Numbered from the stretch's first letter, positions 22,987 to 37,355 are shown. The stretch: DNA of 64,000 bases from Camelus ferus (GCF_009834535.1 NC_045696.1:20896001-20960000); one strand, 5' to 3'. Notes: generated by a model not told the origin, from the sequence alone. Program-made: numbers and translations.

Positions 22987-25673
22987 GTCATTTTCCAGTC
23001 TACACCTCGTAAGATGCTCCTTATCACTAAAGAAGGACAAAGCCCTCAGGCTTGGCAATGATGTTGCAGGAGGCAGATGTAGACTCATCAGAATGGTTCA
23101 GGGCCACACAGAGATTTCCAGCTCTGAACCCTCAGGAATGACAATAAATAATTTGTACAAAAGTAATACTGCTAAAACTTCCCTATGGACTAGTGGAAAT
23201 ATAAGTTATCAAGGTGGTATCTTGGAAGAAATAATCATTTTTCCTCATTGGTTCAACTTCATAGTACATCAGGTTGGTGGAGACACATAGAGAGCATTCT
23301 TGTTCTCTGTAGAGACTGTATGAATTCAACTTCTTTGCAGGATACTAAGATATTTTAGGAACATAAAGGGCATGATTCCTGAAACCAAGAAGCCACATTA
23401 GTTTTGGAAGACACCACCTTGAAACACAGGTAGGCATGTCACCAAGAATATGTTCCAACAGTATGGTTAATGTCAGGTAACTAAATTGAAAGAAAGAGCC
23501 AGCTATGACAATTTTAACAGTGAAAATTCTTATTTGGAAGTTAATAAAATATTCAATATAATAAGCTATGGATATATAAGAAATATTATATATTGCCTTG
23601 TAACTTACTAAGTTCTTATGAATTTAAGCCACATTTTATGGAACTATTATGTCTGTAATGTGCAACACATCATTTTCTTATTGTCAGTTTATCTTCACTT
23701 TCTCCTTTATTGAAAATACCTACTAGATAATGGATTGATATACACATTATCATCAGTGTAATTTTATCACTCTCAGCAGAGAGGCATTAAAGAGTTTTCT
23801 TCTACAGTGGCAGATGGCAGCAAGTGAAATAGTTGTATGTTATTATATGGAAAGTACACTGTGATGGAAGGGAAAGTGACCAAATATTTTGTTGAGAAGG
23901 CAAGAAGGAAGATTGAATTTTAAAAATCAAAAATTGTGTATCACTGCGTTACTGATCAAACTATAGTTTTCAAAATATCATTCAACACAATTGGCCAAAC
24001 TATACCTCAGGAAAGAATAAAAGTCCTGCAGAGACTGCAGATGACAATCCAGTGCACAAATTCCTAATCAAATCATTACCATCTGCATAATTTGTGATCA
24101 AATAAGCTTTGGCATTTGGCTTGCTGTCTCCTCAAGGATATGAGTCAATGCACAGAAACCTTAAATAGAGAAGAATAATGGATTTGAAGATGGAAAAGAA
24201 TGGCATGACCTACAGAGAAAAGTCAAGAGCTATGTTTATTATTATTATAAACTCTTCTTCTATAAGTTTGTGACTGTTTCTTAAGAATTTACTGACTTTG
24301 TACAGGATAGGGATGACATTCTGCATATTGACCCCTCTACATTAACCAGTCTGCTAATAATTGATGTATTAGTTAACTGACTCTCTTGCTAAGTACTGAG
24401 AGAAAAATACAGGGAGAAACCTTGAGAGCAGGGAATCATTTATTTCTGGAATAACCACTGGGTACTCCCTGGTTCCTTTCCTACTCCTTTCCAGAACACA
24501 ACTAATCTATGTATTAGTGTATTACGTTTTTCTTTTATTTTCTCTTCTTTTATTTTCTTTTTTCTTCTTTCTCTTTTAATTCTTGTACCTGAATTGGAGA
24601 ACTAGGCTGAAATGCACACATGTGAGTAGTGAAATGGCTCTTCAGGAATCTATGATATTACAGCTCATTTTGACATGGACAGAGCCAGAAATTCAGATAC
24701 TCTTAAAACTTGTATGTTATTTACTGCTTTTAAATATATAAAAGAACCAACTTAAATCTATACCTCATAGAAACCAAGGAACTGAGGAAGTAACCAGAAC
24801 CAAGCACTGTCCTTGACCTTTGTCTTTTCTCCGTGTTTCCCGATCCATCTCTGTCTGTTTTCCCTTCTTGAAATTTCTTTGCTTTTCTATGACCCATGGC
24901 AAAATATGCCTTTCTGTATAGTTACTGGGCTTATGTATTATAATCACGGCCTTGTGAACTGGCTAATTGGTCCTAATTGCAAATTCAAGGATATACAGGA
25001 TGATGAACAAACTTGGAAAGGTATCCACTGCTGGTCTAATCAGAGATCGCCAAGAGGATGAACCTTTGTAGACTATAATGGCTCAGAGAAAATTTCCAGA
25101 AAAACTGTAGTGTAATCTTGGAATGGGGTCTTATATAAATCCAGAAATATCATTTCAGTGTCAAGATTTTAAAACTTTGAGCACTTTTATCACTGCGTCC
25201 TTTGCCCTGAACTTAGTGATGTGTACATATCTCCAAGAAAGGAATCTGAACTTTGGCCTCTTTATCTCCATATTCAGAAATGAAAAAGATAAGAGGAAAT
25301 TGCCAATGGAAGCTTTATTTGGGTTGGAATTACTGGGTAAAATTACAGTGCAATCCCTTGCCTCCATTAAAAAAAATATTTTACTCTCATATAGCTGCAC
25401 ATTTAAAAAAAAGAATTCATAAAGAGAGATTTACATAAAAATAACATCAATGAAATGGACAATGTAGAGGAAGGTGCATACAATTTTCTAGGTCTGTTGT
25501 TTAATTAGACACTGGTTTTTTTTTTTCTTTTTTAGTCAATTTAAAGAAAGGTGGTAAATGTTTAAACCAATTTCCATTTTGTTTTCAAAACACTCAATCT
25601 TTGAAACCAAGTAATAACCTATATGATTTGATACTTAATGTCAACTAGCAAAAGGTGTAAAAGACACCTAGTA

Positions 25674-26088
25674 CCACTGGTGTGCTAGATCCAGCATACG
25701 CTGAAAAATGACAGCTGGTTTTGCACATTGGTTGTTAAATATTGCCATTAATAAAGTGAAATTACTTTTCAAACTTGTTAACAGGAAATATTTTAATGAA
25801 TAAATGCTAAGAACAAGCTAAATACTAATTATTTTACCATATTATATTATTATATATGCTCTTGAGTCTACTTTATGTATGTAACTACTACAGGGGAAAT
25901 AAATAATGTTGATAATGTTGGGCCACAGTGCATCACTCCCAATTTGGCATTCAGTGAGGATACACTGGCAGTTCAAAAGTGGTCATAGTGGGACTGTTCA
26001 CACCACAAAAATAGGCAAATGTTACATACTATCAAGGCTTTTTGTTGTTGTTCAGAGAGCTGATTTTTAAACATTTACCAACTTACTG
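25674..26088 (+). mobile_element. MER63-like hAT-Blackjack DNA transposon
   Basis: ccactggtgtgcta... start; ttcacaccacaaaaataggcaaatg...gagagctgatttttaaacatttacca end. Confidence 0.7.
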
Positions 26089-27645
26089 TCTGTTACTGTC
26101 TAGAAATACGAATCATGTATTTGAGGGCTTCAGACTGGTTCTCTAGAGACAGAGGGATAGATTGAAAATCCTAAAGACACGCTTGCAGAAAGACATTCAC
26201 TGGGGAAAATGACCTGTTTTTCTTTGTTTGTTTTGCTTGCCCATGTTGGCCATATTGGGTTGCTGAGTGCTCAGTGCAACGTAATAGAAAATGTGGGACA
26301 GTTGCTTGAACCAGGTTAATTTTGTAAATAATGGAGATCATTGATGAATAGTAAATGAAAGGTTGAATGAGGGGATACAAAAGGAGAAGCCTTCAAGGCG
26401 GACAAAAATGATAAGGCATATTTTATTTTTAGAAGATAAATGTGCCAGGTAAGGTGTAAACTTCCCCCCACCCCCAATCTCATTACTATCTACATTATCC
26501 AAAAGGCTTTTGGACTTGGATTTAATGTTTTGTTCTGAGTAGTTTGGGAGTCATCCCAAGATACAGAGAATTAGAAACAACCAAGAAAATTTAGCCATAT
26601 TCACTTTAAACCTATTAGGCTGTCAAAAGTTATCTTAATATATTCATTCTTTAACCCATTTCTTTATTATAAAACAATAAAAAGAATCTTTAATAAAAGT
26701 ATGGACAGGCATTTAAAGATTAATTCTGTTTACATTATGTTTTCAGAGTCTTCCTATACAATTTTTAGTATCATAATAATATAAAAAATAGGGTAAGATT
26801 TAAAAACTATTGTTCATCAATACCAACATCTGTTAGTAAAAACAAAACATTTTTTAAATAACTCAGTTTCCTGAGATGATTAAAGGCATGCATATGAGCT
26901 GCAATTATCTAAATTATCTTGTAGCATAGAGCAATAAAGTTAAACATTGCTTCATTATATACTAGAAATAATTATTCTATTTTATTGATTAGCAATTAGT
27001 ATGCCTTACCTGTTGGTATAATAAATGTAGACTATAGGATGTATCAAGTATAAGAACCGAATTTTTAAAATTTTGGTTTTTCAATTTCCTTCTATTCTGA
27101 CTTCGTCCTAGTTGAATAATTCACTGAATGGGTTGAATTTAATTTTGAACCAAAGCATATTCAAAAAGTCTGAAAAGAAAATGGACTCATTTCCATTTTA
27201 AATGTCACTGAAATGAAAATGCTGAATGTCCTGGGTAAGTGATTTCCTTTCATAAGGTTAAATATCTACGAAGAATATTAGCTGAGTTTTCTCAAAATTG
27301 CCCTTTAAGTGCTATTGCTGCCAAAAAACAATGCAAGGAAGTGAAGCTGGTATTGTGTGAAAATCACAGTGCCATGACATTGAATTGCTGTGATCTTATT
27401 GCAGCTGAGATGTCATTGCCAATGTTTATTTTAACCAATTTTATAAAGTGATTTTTATTGTTACCACTTAGTGATATGCTTACCAACTTAATTACGTCCC
27501 TTTAAACTGATAATCCAGTGGGTGAGACTTACTATAAACAGATCATTGCTGCACAGTGTGTTAAAAGAGTTCTAATAGAAGTGTTAGTAAGGCTTTTTGC
27601 AGCACAATAAGAATGCTACCTCCCAGAGACCAAGGAAAGGATTTC

Positions 27646-27666
27646 AAAAAAAAAAAAAAAAAAAAA
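27646..27666 (+). repeat. Poly(A) run (A21)
   Basis: Homopolymer. Confidence 0.9.
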
Positions 27667-28229
27667 CGCAATAATTGGGATGCATGTTTAAGGATAAGGA
27701 GGACTTTTTTAAGTCAATTAGGACTTTCCAAAAGAGGATCAAGGTAAAGGCAGAAATGTTCTAACAATCTTAAATAATTAGCTAATGGGATGATGTTCAA
27801 TATAACTAAAAATCAGAAAATTTGAATTAAAGGAAAATTGGTCATTTACAGCCATAGGATCTTTGTATTAAAAGAGCCAGTCTTCGCAATTGGAGTAGCT
27901 CATAATTGCTAGGGAAACTGCAAACTAATTCAGGGTCTTTAAGAAAAAGGTCACAGGTATATTTATTTTGAAATAATTATCTAGGGAATTCTAATGCTTG
28001 TTGTAACATAAAATATAATTAGGTCAAAGCATTATTTTCTAGCATAACAACATGAATTTTTACTGTAAAATTTCATGTTATATCTTCACTTTTACAGTGT
28101 GCCAAGTCCTATTCCGTTTTGGCTGTACACGTTTAAGAATATCAACTTGATGTTTAAACACAAACTACAACTGTTCCCTAAAGTCCTTGTGAGAACAGGA
28201 AACTTTCTAAATTCTATACTTCTGAGGCT

Positions 28230-29378
28230 TCAATTTTTTTCAGCTTTGTTGAGGCATAATTTACAAACAAAATTATAAAATACTTAAATTGTACAACATG
28301 GTGATGTATAACTTTTTAATTTTACTTTTTTTTTTCTTGGTGAGAACATTTAAGTTCTAGTCTCTTAGCAAATTTTAATTATACATTATAATGTTACTAT
28401 CTATAGTCACCATGTTATACATTAGCTCTTTAGAACTTATTTATCTTACAACTGAAGGTTTGCAATTACCAGCCCCTCCCTCTTTTCCCCAGCCTCTTGC
28501 CCCTCCCAATCACCATTCTAGTCCATGTTTTTATGAGTTTGTTTTTTTTTAGATTACACACATGAGTAAGATCATATAGTATTTGTCTTTCTCCCTCTGG
28601 CTTATTTCACTTAGCATAATGCCTTCAGGTAAAACCATGTTGTCACAGGTGACAAGATTTCCTACTTTTTTAAGGCTGAATAATTTTCCATTTTATATAC
28701 ACACACACACACCCCCATATTTTCTTTATCCAGTTATCCATCAGTGAACTCTTAGATTGTTACCATACTCTAGCTATTGTGAATAATGCTGCACTGAGTA
28801 TGGGAGTATATATATCCTTTCGAGATAGAGATTTCATTTCCTTTGGTTATATACCCAGAAGTGGAATTGCTGGATCATATCATAGTTCTATTTTTAATTA
28901 ACTGAAGGACCACCATAATGTTTTCCTTAGTGGCTATACCAGTTTACATTCCTATCAACAGTGTACAAAGGATCCCTTTTCTTCACATCCTCACCAGTAT
29001 TCGTTACCCCTTTTCTTTATTATAATAGCCATTCTAACAGGTGTGAAGTGATAACCTCAATGTGGGTTTGATTTGCGTTCTCCTGATAACTGGTGATGTT
29101 GAGCACCTTTTCATGTACCTCTTGGTCACTTGTATATCTTCTTTGGAAAAATGGCTATTGATGTGCTTTTTCTGTTTTTAATTGGGTTACTTGGGGTTTT
29201 GGTTTTGGTTTTACTTTTTTTTTTTTTTTTTTTTTGCTATTGAGTTGTTTAAGTTCCATATATAGTTTGGATATTAATCCTTTTTCAGATATGTGGTTTG
29301 CAAATATTTTCTCACATTCCATAGGTTGCCTTTTCATTTTGTTGATGGTTTCCTTTGTTGAGGTTTTTTTGTTTGATG
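28230..29378 (-). mobile_element. L1MA8/9-type fragment (ORF2 end and 3' UTR)
   Basis: Minus ORF 29155-29337 (KRQPMECEKIFANHISEKGLISKLY) is L1 ORF2; typical L1MA 3' UTR follows. Confidence 0.92.
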
Positions 29379-30844
29379 CCGTCTGAGACCCTGATTTCTT
29401 AATGTTTTTGCAAGCTAAAAATGAGAGTTCAGTTTTGATTAATTGACTGGCCTTATATTGAGTTCCAAGTCATTATGTTACAAGAAAAACTAACTGACAA
29501 AACTTTTTAAAATATATCCATTTTGATGGTCCACTGCATTTGCTTTTGGCTTGACAAGCAAAGCGCCACCACTCTTGGACACCAATTTAAAAGGTGTCAA
29601 AGATGTTTTTAGAAATAGTTAAAATTTATGTGAAGAAACCTTTCAACCCATTGATTTCAACTTGTTTTCTATGTGCAAAAAAACTCTGGAAGAAAACCCT
29701 TTGCTCAAGTTTACCTAGTTAGTTCAAGGAAAAGTGTGAGTGGAACATAATCTTTATCTTTGACTAATTGTACAATCTTTTGACTATAAAATATGTAGTC
29801 TCATGTCAAGGAAATTTCTCTTTGGTTATGTTTTCTTCAGTAACATGATACTCATGAATTTACCATAGCAGAAATTCTGTGATGGACTTTTCCACATTTC
29901 AAAGAACCAACTGCCAAGAAACAAACAGAAAAAAAATCACGAGGCTTTATGAATAAAACCTGTTCTGTAGTGGTGAGATATATGTAGATTCTGAGATTTG
30001 TAAATTAAGCTATTTTTAATCTCACTTTGACTTCTGATAGACATTTTAAAGAAACTTAAATTTAAGAAATATTGGTTAAGTTTGCTGATGTTTCCGTAAT
30101 GTGTTAGCCTCTAATTGATGGGAAAATCATAAAGTTAAAGTTATTTTTTACTCATTTATGTTAGGGATATTCTGTTTTACTAAGAAGTACATAAGGTAAT
30201 GGATGTTTGGAAAAGATAAGTACTGGTCTATTGCTTCCACGACTGCATTGGCCAAAAGAGTCCTGACCAGGTATCTGACAGATGTCAGTTCCTGTTGCAT
30301 AATAAAGTCACACATGAGATTTTCAGTGAATAAAATGAAGGATAGTCCTAAAATATAGCTCATGTGATCTTAACAGCAAGAAAATGCCCACATCAAGGTA
30401 TTTTCTGATGTCCTAAGGACTTTTTTTGCTCTCTACATCTCCTGAGTGTAGCTGTTGAAATGCCTTTGCTTCAAACGCTATTGTCAAACACTGCATTCAG
30501 TTTTACCTTTAAAATATCAAAGAAACTCTGTCTATCCAGTTGTCCTCTATTGCCAGTCTGATGATTTCTGTAATGTCAGTGTTACACAAGCAATTGATTG
30601 ATAGTTCCCCAGTGTTTTGTAAGAGTATCTGTCTCTCCTTTACCCTAATTAAATGTATTATCTAACATTTATTATTTAGGGGAATTAGAAAATCTTTAGC
30701 TTTTTAAATCAACATTGAAGAACCAGTGAATTTGTCTTTCCTTATATCATTAGCTTCATATATCTATAAATATACTGTACTTAAATAAAGAAAAATACAA
30801 CCTCTCAGAGACAGACACTTCTTATCTTAAAATCATAGCGAAAG

Positions 30845-30966
30845 AGGGATGTTGAGGGTAGGGGAGTATATGTGTGTGGGTGGGGAGGGCTATGTGGGAA
30901 CTTATTTTCTGCTCAATTCTGCTATAAACCTGAAACTGCTCTGAAAAAATAAAGTCTATTTTAAAA
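30845..30966 (+). mobile_element. Very short L1MC-type 3' terminus
   Basis: ctgctcaattctgctataaacctgaaactgctct...aataaagtcta plus A tail; 16-bp TSD AAAATCATAG(C/A)GAAAG at 30829-30844 and 30967-30982, at a TT/AAAA site. Confidence 0.8.
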
Positions 30967-31389
30967 AAAATCATAGAGAAAGGAATAGGACCCAGAGTGA
31001 AATGAGATGTATATCTCAGACTCTGGAAAATATGAACAAAAAATAAGTAAATTCATAGAAATGTGAGAAAGACTCTTAAATGGTAGGATAGTATCAAAAA
31101 TGAAATTGCAATGATGTAAATGTAATAATCTTTTTAAAAACAGTCATACAAAATGTGACTGTAGCTAGGAATCCCTGAACAACAACAATCCTATAACTAA
31201 ATCAGACCAGTGAGGAAGAAAAGAGTTGCTAAAGTATTAGTACGATTTTACGATTAACACTGAATGACTAGAATATTAACAAACCACTGTTGACTTCAAT
31301 CAAATGGTTATTTATAAAGTATGACTTGTGAAAATGGGCCCAGAGTTCAGAATATGATGAAATACTAATAGATTGAAAAAACAATGGAG

Positions 31390-31830
31390 AAATTTCCCCA
31401 GGTAGCAGACTCTGAGATAGAGATGAGTGTGCAGGGAGTGCTTTGGGAGTATTTGAGGATCAACATTTTGGAAGAGAAGGTAAAAAACAAGATAGGGGAA
31501 AGACACTAGTTAAACCATGATGCAGTCTCAGTAATGGGCTCAGCTCTCCACATGGGGAGTTAGGGAGTTGGGATGGCCTGCAAATATTATCTAAAGATGC
31601 AGCAAGGGATCTAACATTATATACCCTTTCCCACCCTGACTATGCTTATCATTGCATGTAGGCATCTCTGGAAAAGAAGCGTGACATTGGGCAAGGTGGC
31701 TCTCTTAAGCTGAGGCAATTTCTGAGGAGGGCTGGCAGTGGAGAACCATCTAGGGCAGCATTTCAGCAGCTCAAGAATGAATTAGTAAATCTTTCATTCT
31801 CACAGGGACATTTGCATTACACATCACAGT
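31390..31830 (-). mobile_element. ERVL LTR16-like solo LTR
   Basis: gcagactctgagat...gggcaaggtggctctcttaagctgaggcaatttctgaggagggctggcag. Confidence 0.65.
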
Positions 31831-33861
31831 CGGTGTCTTTTATAATTGTTTTTTCGCCCCAGATCCAATTCTACATGTGATTCTAGGAACCATTCTTCAA
31901 AAATTCTGTTGGATGGCTCTTCCTGAGGAAAATTTAAAACAGGAAGGTTAGTGGACAAAGTCCAACCCACATTGATATAGCTAGTCTTGAGGCTTGCTTA
32001 AATACTAACAATTCTTATATAACATGATAAAATAATTTTCAGAGGGGTTGAAAATATTAAGTACAAAAACAACACAATACTTTAAGCATGAGTAGAAATA
32101 AATTTATAAACCATCCAATTTGATGAAATGTTTTTTAACAGTATAGTCAGAGAAATTTAATAATGAAAAAGTTTCATCAAATGAAGTCAACAAAAACAAA
32201 ACACAGAATATGTATTCTCTCTCTAAATAATAGCATGTTTTCCATTTGTTAGTTATAGGAGAGCTTATAAGTGAAATATTTTGATTAAAAAATTAAAATA
32301 ATTTATGAAAATAAATTTCAGAGTCAACCTGAGACAGAATTTTCTGATCATATGAATGGCTAAGAAAAATGAAATAGATATTTCTCAATTTTGTGATTTC
32401 TTTAGCACCGTTGGAATTATGCTCTAAGATCTATGTATCATGTACAGTCTCAATTCTTACCTGCTTTCCCTATAGGAAATCTCTCAACATAAGGAGAAGA
32501 GTATTCAAGTCAATAGTTGCTAAGTTGCTAAGTTTCCTTCCAAAGACGTATTCTTGAGGGACAAAAAGAAGGGTGGAAAAGCAAACATCAGTTATAGTCA
32601 TTAGAGGGCTGATGAGTGTTTTCAAACATTAGAGTAAATGGAAACACATTAAATAAAAATGTAATATACTTTTATTGTATATTTAAATGTACCTTCCATT
32701 GGCTTTAACACTATAAATTCTGCAGAATAAAACATTGTGATTATTAATTGGCATGTATTTCTTTAGGTAGCTCTGATAGACCATAAGTGGTTTTGTTCAT
32801 AAAAAAACTAAATTTTCTTTGCTTTGGCGCATACATTTACAATTCTAATTCTTTTAGACTAGCTATTATATTCATGCTGTTTGGGAGGTTTTCTGTTTTG
32901 TGACAGAAATTATGAACATCTGACCAGTCCCATTCTCCAGCCAACACAGTAAATAAAAACCTTATTTTCTTCCCATTCACACTGAGCTATCTCAGTCTTT
33001 AAACTTCAAAAACACTGTTGGGCCATAGTACAAATAGATTCTAGGTACAGATCTAAAACTCACTTTCTGTGTAATCATAGAAAAGTCAATTAGGTTTCAC
33101 ATACCTTTGGTACATTCATTTTTTTATGTAAAATCTTGAGGAAAAAACTATTTTTTATCTTATTTCAGAACCATGTGTAACTGACTCATGTAAATAAATC
33201 AAATGTAACAGAATGACAATGACAGGAGCTACCATTCAGGATTTATCTTCATATTTATTATCTATATATACCCTAAAAAACCCTAAAGGAGTCTTGAATT
33301 TCATCATGTACCTAATGAAGAGACCCAAAATCAAAGAGTTTATGATCATATTCTAGAATCTTTCTGATTCTTGTTTTCATGATGATTCTGGGAATCTAAT
33401 TGTTTCCTGAATATTTACTTAATGTTTGCTAAATGCATGATTAAAACCAAATAATGAACTTTTACATTCTCCACATTTATTATTAGCTTTTGATTTTAAT
33501 ATAGCTTATATGGAATTCCTTAATACATTCTAATTAACTAAGAGGGGTGTAACACATTTTCAAATGTCTAATGAGTAAAGCATGTATGTGAACCTTGTGC
33601 ATGCAGGTTATGGCCTTTTATGAGGTTCAGCTTCTTGATATTTACATAGGAATAATATCTCAAATTTATTTGATATTTAAAAGAGATACTATAGATAAAA
33701 GTGATTATGCAATATCAAGTAGGTCAGAAATAATGACTGATTCTGAGTTCTGTGACAGATATAGCAGTCTACTGATTTTCTAACATTCATATTCTACATC
33801 TTTTATTGTAACAGAACTTTAAGTTTATTGTGAGAATATACCCAGCCAAAAGATTATGACT

Positions 33862-34979
33862 CTCTCCAACACCCATTTACAATAAAAACTCACAGTAAAC
33901 TAGGGATAAAAAGGGACTTCATCAATTTGATAAAGAATATCTGTTAAAAAATCACTATAGCTAATATCACACTTAATAGTAGGAAAATTGAAGTTTACCT
34001 ATTAAGATCAGGAACAGATCTTTATTCTCACCACTGCTTTTCAACTTTATGCTGGAGGTCTTAACTAATGCAATAAGACAAGAAAAGAAAATTAAAAAAA
34101 AATACAAATTGAGAAGTACAAATAAAACTGTTTACATATGCCATCATCATCTATGTATAAAATCTGAAAAAAAATCATCCAAAAGCCTCCTGAAACTAAT
34201 AAGTAATTATAGCAAGACTGGTAAAGTACATGGTAAATATTCAAAATTCAATCACGTTCCTATATACCAGCAATGAACAAGTGGCACTGTAACAGGCATG
34301 AATAAATCAAACTCCTAGATCTGTTCATTTAGCTCTAACCCTGTATTCTTTTTCCTGTGCTTAGTCATTCTGATTCTGCACCTTTTGTAAAAAAATGTAG
34401 CCTATAGTCTGAAATATACAGCATAGCCCATTCTCAAGGCTCTGACCTTTAAGGGTATAACACTTTTCCACTCATATAGAGATTAGAAGTTTGCAGAACA
34501 AAGAATAACATTTGTCTTGTTAGAGGTTTACCGGAACATCATGACCTGATGTACACAGAGAGCTGCAAGAATAAAAGATTCTGATACCAAGATGTTTGCA
34601 ACAACCAACCACACCCCTTCCTTTTTTTGTAGTATAAAAGAAGACTGAATTCTGATGAGTAAGATGGTTCTCTAGAACATTAGTCCCTCATCTTCTCAGT
34701 CTGCTAGCTTTCTGAATAAAGTTGTTATTCCTTGCCCTAACACCTTGTCTCCCAATTTATTGGCCTGTCATGTGGCAGATAGAATGAGTTTGGTCTCGAG
34801 TAACAGCAATTGGAATTAAACACAATGTTATTTACACTGGTACCTGCCAAAATTGAAATACTTAGGTGTAAATCTAAAAATAAAATAAGTACAAGACCTG
34901 TAAGAAGAAAACTTCAAAACTCTGATGAATGAAATCAACTAAATAAATGGAGAGATAGTCCACATTTATTGATAGGAAA
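33862..34979 (+). mobile_element. Old L1 ORF2 RT-region fragment, split by an LTR
   Basis: ORF 34049-34276 LEVLTNAIRQEK...LLKLISNYSK is L1 ORF2; continues after the LTR at 34806. Confidence 0.88.
34288..34805 (+). mobile_element. ERV1 solo LTR nested in L1
   Basis: TGTAACA...GTAACA termini; TSD-like gcac/gcaa; TATAAAA at ~34633 and AATAAA at ~34715. Confidence 0.85.
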
Positions 34980-36392
34980 TCAATTAATCTATGACAACAG
35001 AGACAAGAATATACACTGGAGAAAAGATAGTCTCTTCAATAAGTGGTGCTGGGAAAACTGGACAACTACATGTAAAAGAATAAAATCAGAACATTCTCTA
35101 ACACCTTATGCAAAAATAAACTCAAAATGGATTAAAGACCTAAATGTAGGACTGAATACTCTAAAACTCCTAGAGGAAAACATAGGCAGAACACTCTTTG
35201 ACATAAATTGCAGCAACTTTTTTTTTCAAACCAGCTCCTGGAGTAATGGAAGTAAAAGCAAAAATAAACAAATGGGACCTAATTAAACTTAAAAGCTTTT
35301 GCACAGCAAAGTAAACCACAAACAAAAGGAAAAGACAACCTATAGAATGAGAAAATATTTGCAAATTATGAGACCAAAAAGGGATTAATTTCCAAAGTAT
35401 ACCAACAGCTCATACAGCTAAATATCTAAACAACAATCAACCCAAACAAAAATTGGGCAGAAGACCTAAATAGACATTTAGATCCAAATAAGGCATCCAG
35501 CTGGCCAACAGGCACATGAAAAGATGCTCAACATCACTAATTACTAGAGAAATCAAATAATCAAAATTACAATGAGTTATCACCTCACACCAGTCAGGTT
35601 GACCGTCATCAAAAAGTCTACAAATAATGAATGCTGGAGAAAAAGGAAACCTACACTGTTGGTGGGAACGTAAATTGGTGCAGCCACTATGGAGGACAGT
35701 ATCAAGGTTCCTTAAAAAACTAAAAATAGACTTACCATATGACCCAGAAATCCTACTCCCTATATATCTGGAGAAAACTCTAATTCAAAAAGATGCATGC
35801 ACCCTGGTGTTCTTAGCAGCATTATTTACAACAGCCAAGACCTGGAAGCAACTTAAATGTTCATCAACAGATGAATGGATAAAGAGGTGGTATATATATA
35901 TTATATTGCTATATTACTATATTAGCAATATATAGAATATAACTTAGCCATTAAAAACAATGAAATAATGCCATTTTCAGCAACATAGATAGACCTAGGG
36001 ATTATCATATTAAGTGAAGTAAGTCAGACAAAGACAAATGTCACGTGATATCACTTGTATGTGGAATCTGAAAAAAAAAAAAAAAAGATACAAACGAACT
36101 TATTTATAAACCAGAAATAGGCTCACAGACATAGAAAACAAACTTACGGTTACCAAAGGAGAAAGGAGGCATGGGGAGGGGGACAGATAAATCAGGAATT
36201 TGGGATTAATATATGCACACTACTATATATAAAATAGATAAATAGCAAGGACCTAGTACACAGCATGGGGAACTATCTTGTAATAACGGATAGTGGAAAA
36301 GAATCTGAGAAAGAATATATATGTGAATCACTTTGCTGTATACTTGAAACTAACACAACATTATAAATCAACTATACTTTAATAAGAAAAAA
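34980..36392 (+). mobile_element. Young lineage L1 (ORF2 C-terminal part, 3' UTR, A tail)
   Basis: ORF 34969-35286 QLIYD...[15 protein letters not shown]...[16 protein letters not shown]; same 3' UTR family as 20121-21368. Confidence 0.95.
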
Positions 36393-36899
36393 TTTTTAGT
36401 CACAGAGAAGTAAATCATAGGAAAAAAACCTACAAAATGTTAAATAACCCCAATCTAGTTAGAAATCAAATCAGAGATCAAGGAAGAAAACAGAATTTGT
36501 GTTAAAGGGAAGAAGAAAAAAAGAAATTAAGATATTTACTGTGGTCTATAGTATCAAATTACCAGTGCCTTTAAAAAGTCAAATAAATCAGACACTAATA
36601 AATATTGTTGGACTTTGTTAATCAGATCATTAGTAATAATTGGTGGTTGAGTTTCAGTTACATGCAGTGTTAGGAGCAGAAATAGATTTATTACATATTG
36701 AGATAAATATTGAAGTAATTTTCTTAGAAGAGAAAAAAGGGATACAAGTTTAGTTAATAGTTTAAATTTTAAATTGAATATATAAGTGTATGTAATAGGA
36801 TACAAAAACTGCTTTGAGATATTGTAGTTATTAAATTTTAAATGAAGTACCTGTTGTGATACAAGCAAAATTAATTTGATCAGTTACATAAAGTACCTA

Positions 36900-37355
36900 T
36901 TAAATTCCATCAATATCACACTAGGGGGACAAGTGACGGTAGGGCAAAGGGGAATGGACTTCTTTTCTCTATTTTGCTGTTCCTGTGACCCCAGCAGCAG
37001 CAGTTTACCCCCTCCATTGGCACATCCCCCAGTGTGACTGTTGGTTCCAGCCTCCAGCATCATTTGGCACTGTCAAAACCTGCCTCCTGTGCCCACTTAG
37101 CGGTACAGGTAAACAACAGATTTATCTTCTGCTCAGAAGTCTGGTCCTCAGAGGCAGAAGGTGCTTCATATTTTGGGAACCCTTAATTCTCTGTTTTTCT
37201 GGGCCTAGTGTTGATAGTTACTACCTGTAGTTAATATTTCTGAATTATCTCCACGATCCCTCTGTAACCAATTAATAATGAAGATCACAAACTAATTATG
37301 TGTATAAAATATTCTCTATTAAAATTTCTAGTATATTTTTTTCTTCATTGACCTT
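36900..37355 (+). mobile_element. ERVL LTR33-like fragment
   Basis: cctagtgttgatagttactacctgtagtt...ctctgtaaccaatt...aaatattctctatt resembles the LTR33 3' end. Confidence 0.5.

Noticed and set aside
32118..32182. Short inverted repeat atttgatgaaa...tttcatcaaat
   Set aside because: 11-bp AT-rich arms are expected by chance at this base composition
34969..35935. L1 ORF2-like ORFs as functional CDS
   Set aside because: Fragmented by stops and frameshifts; 5'-truncated non-autonomous copy
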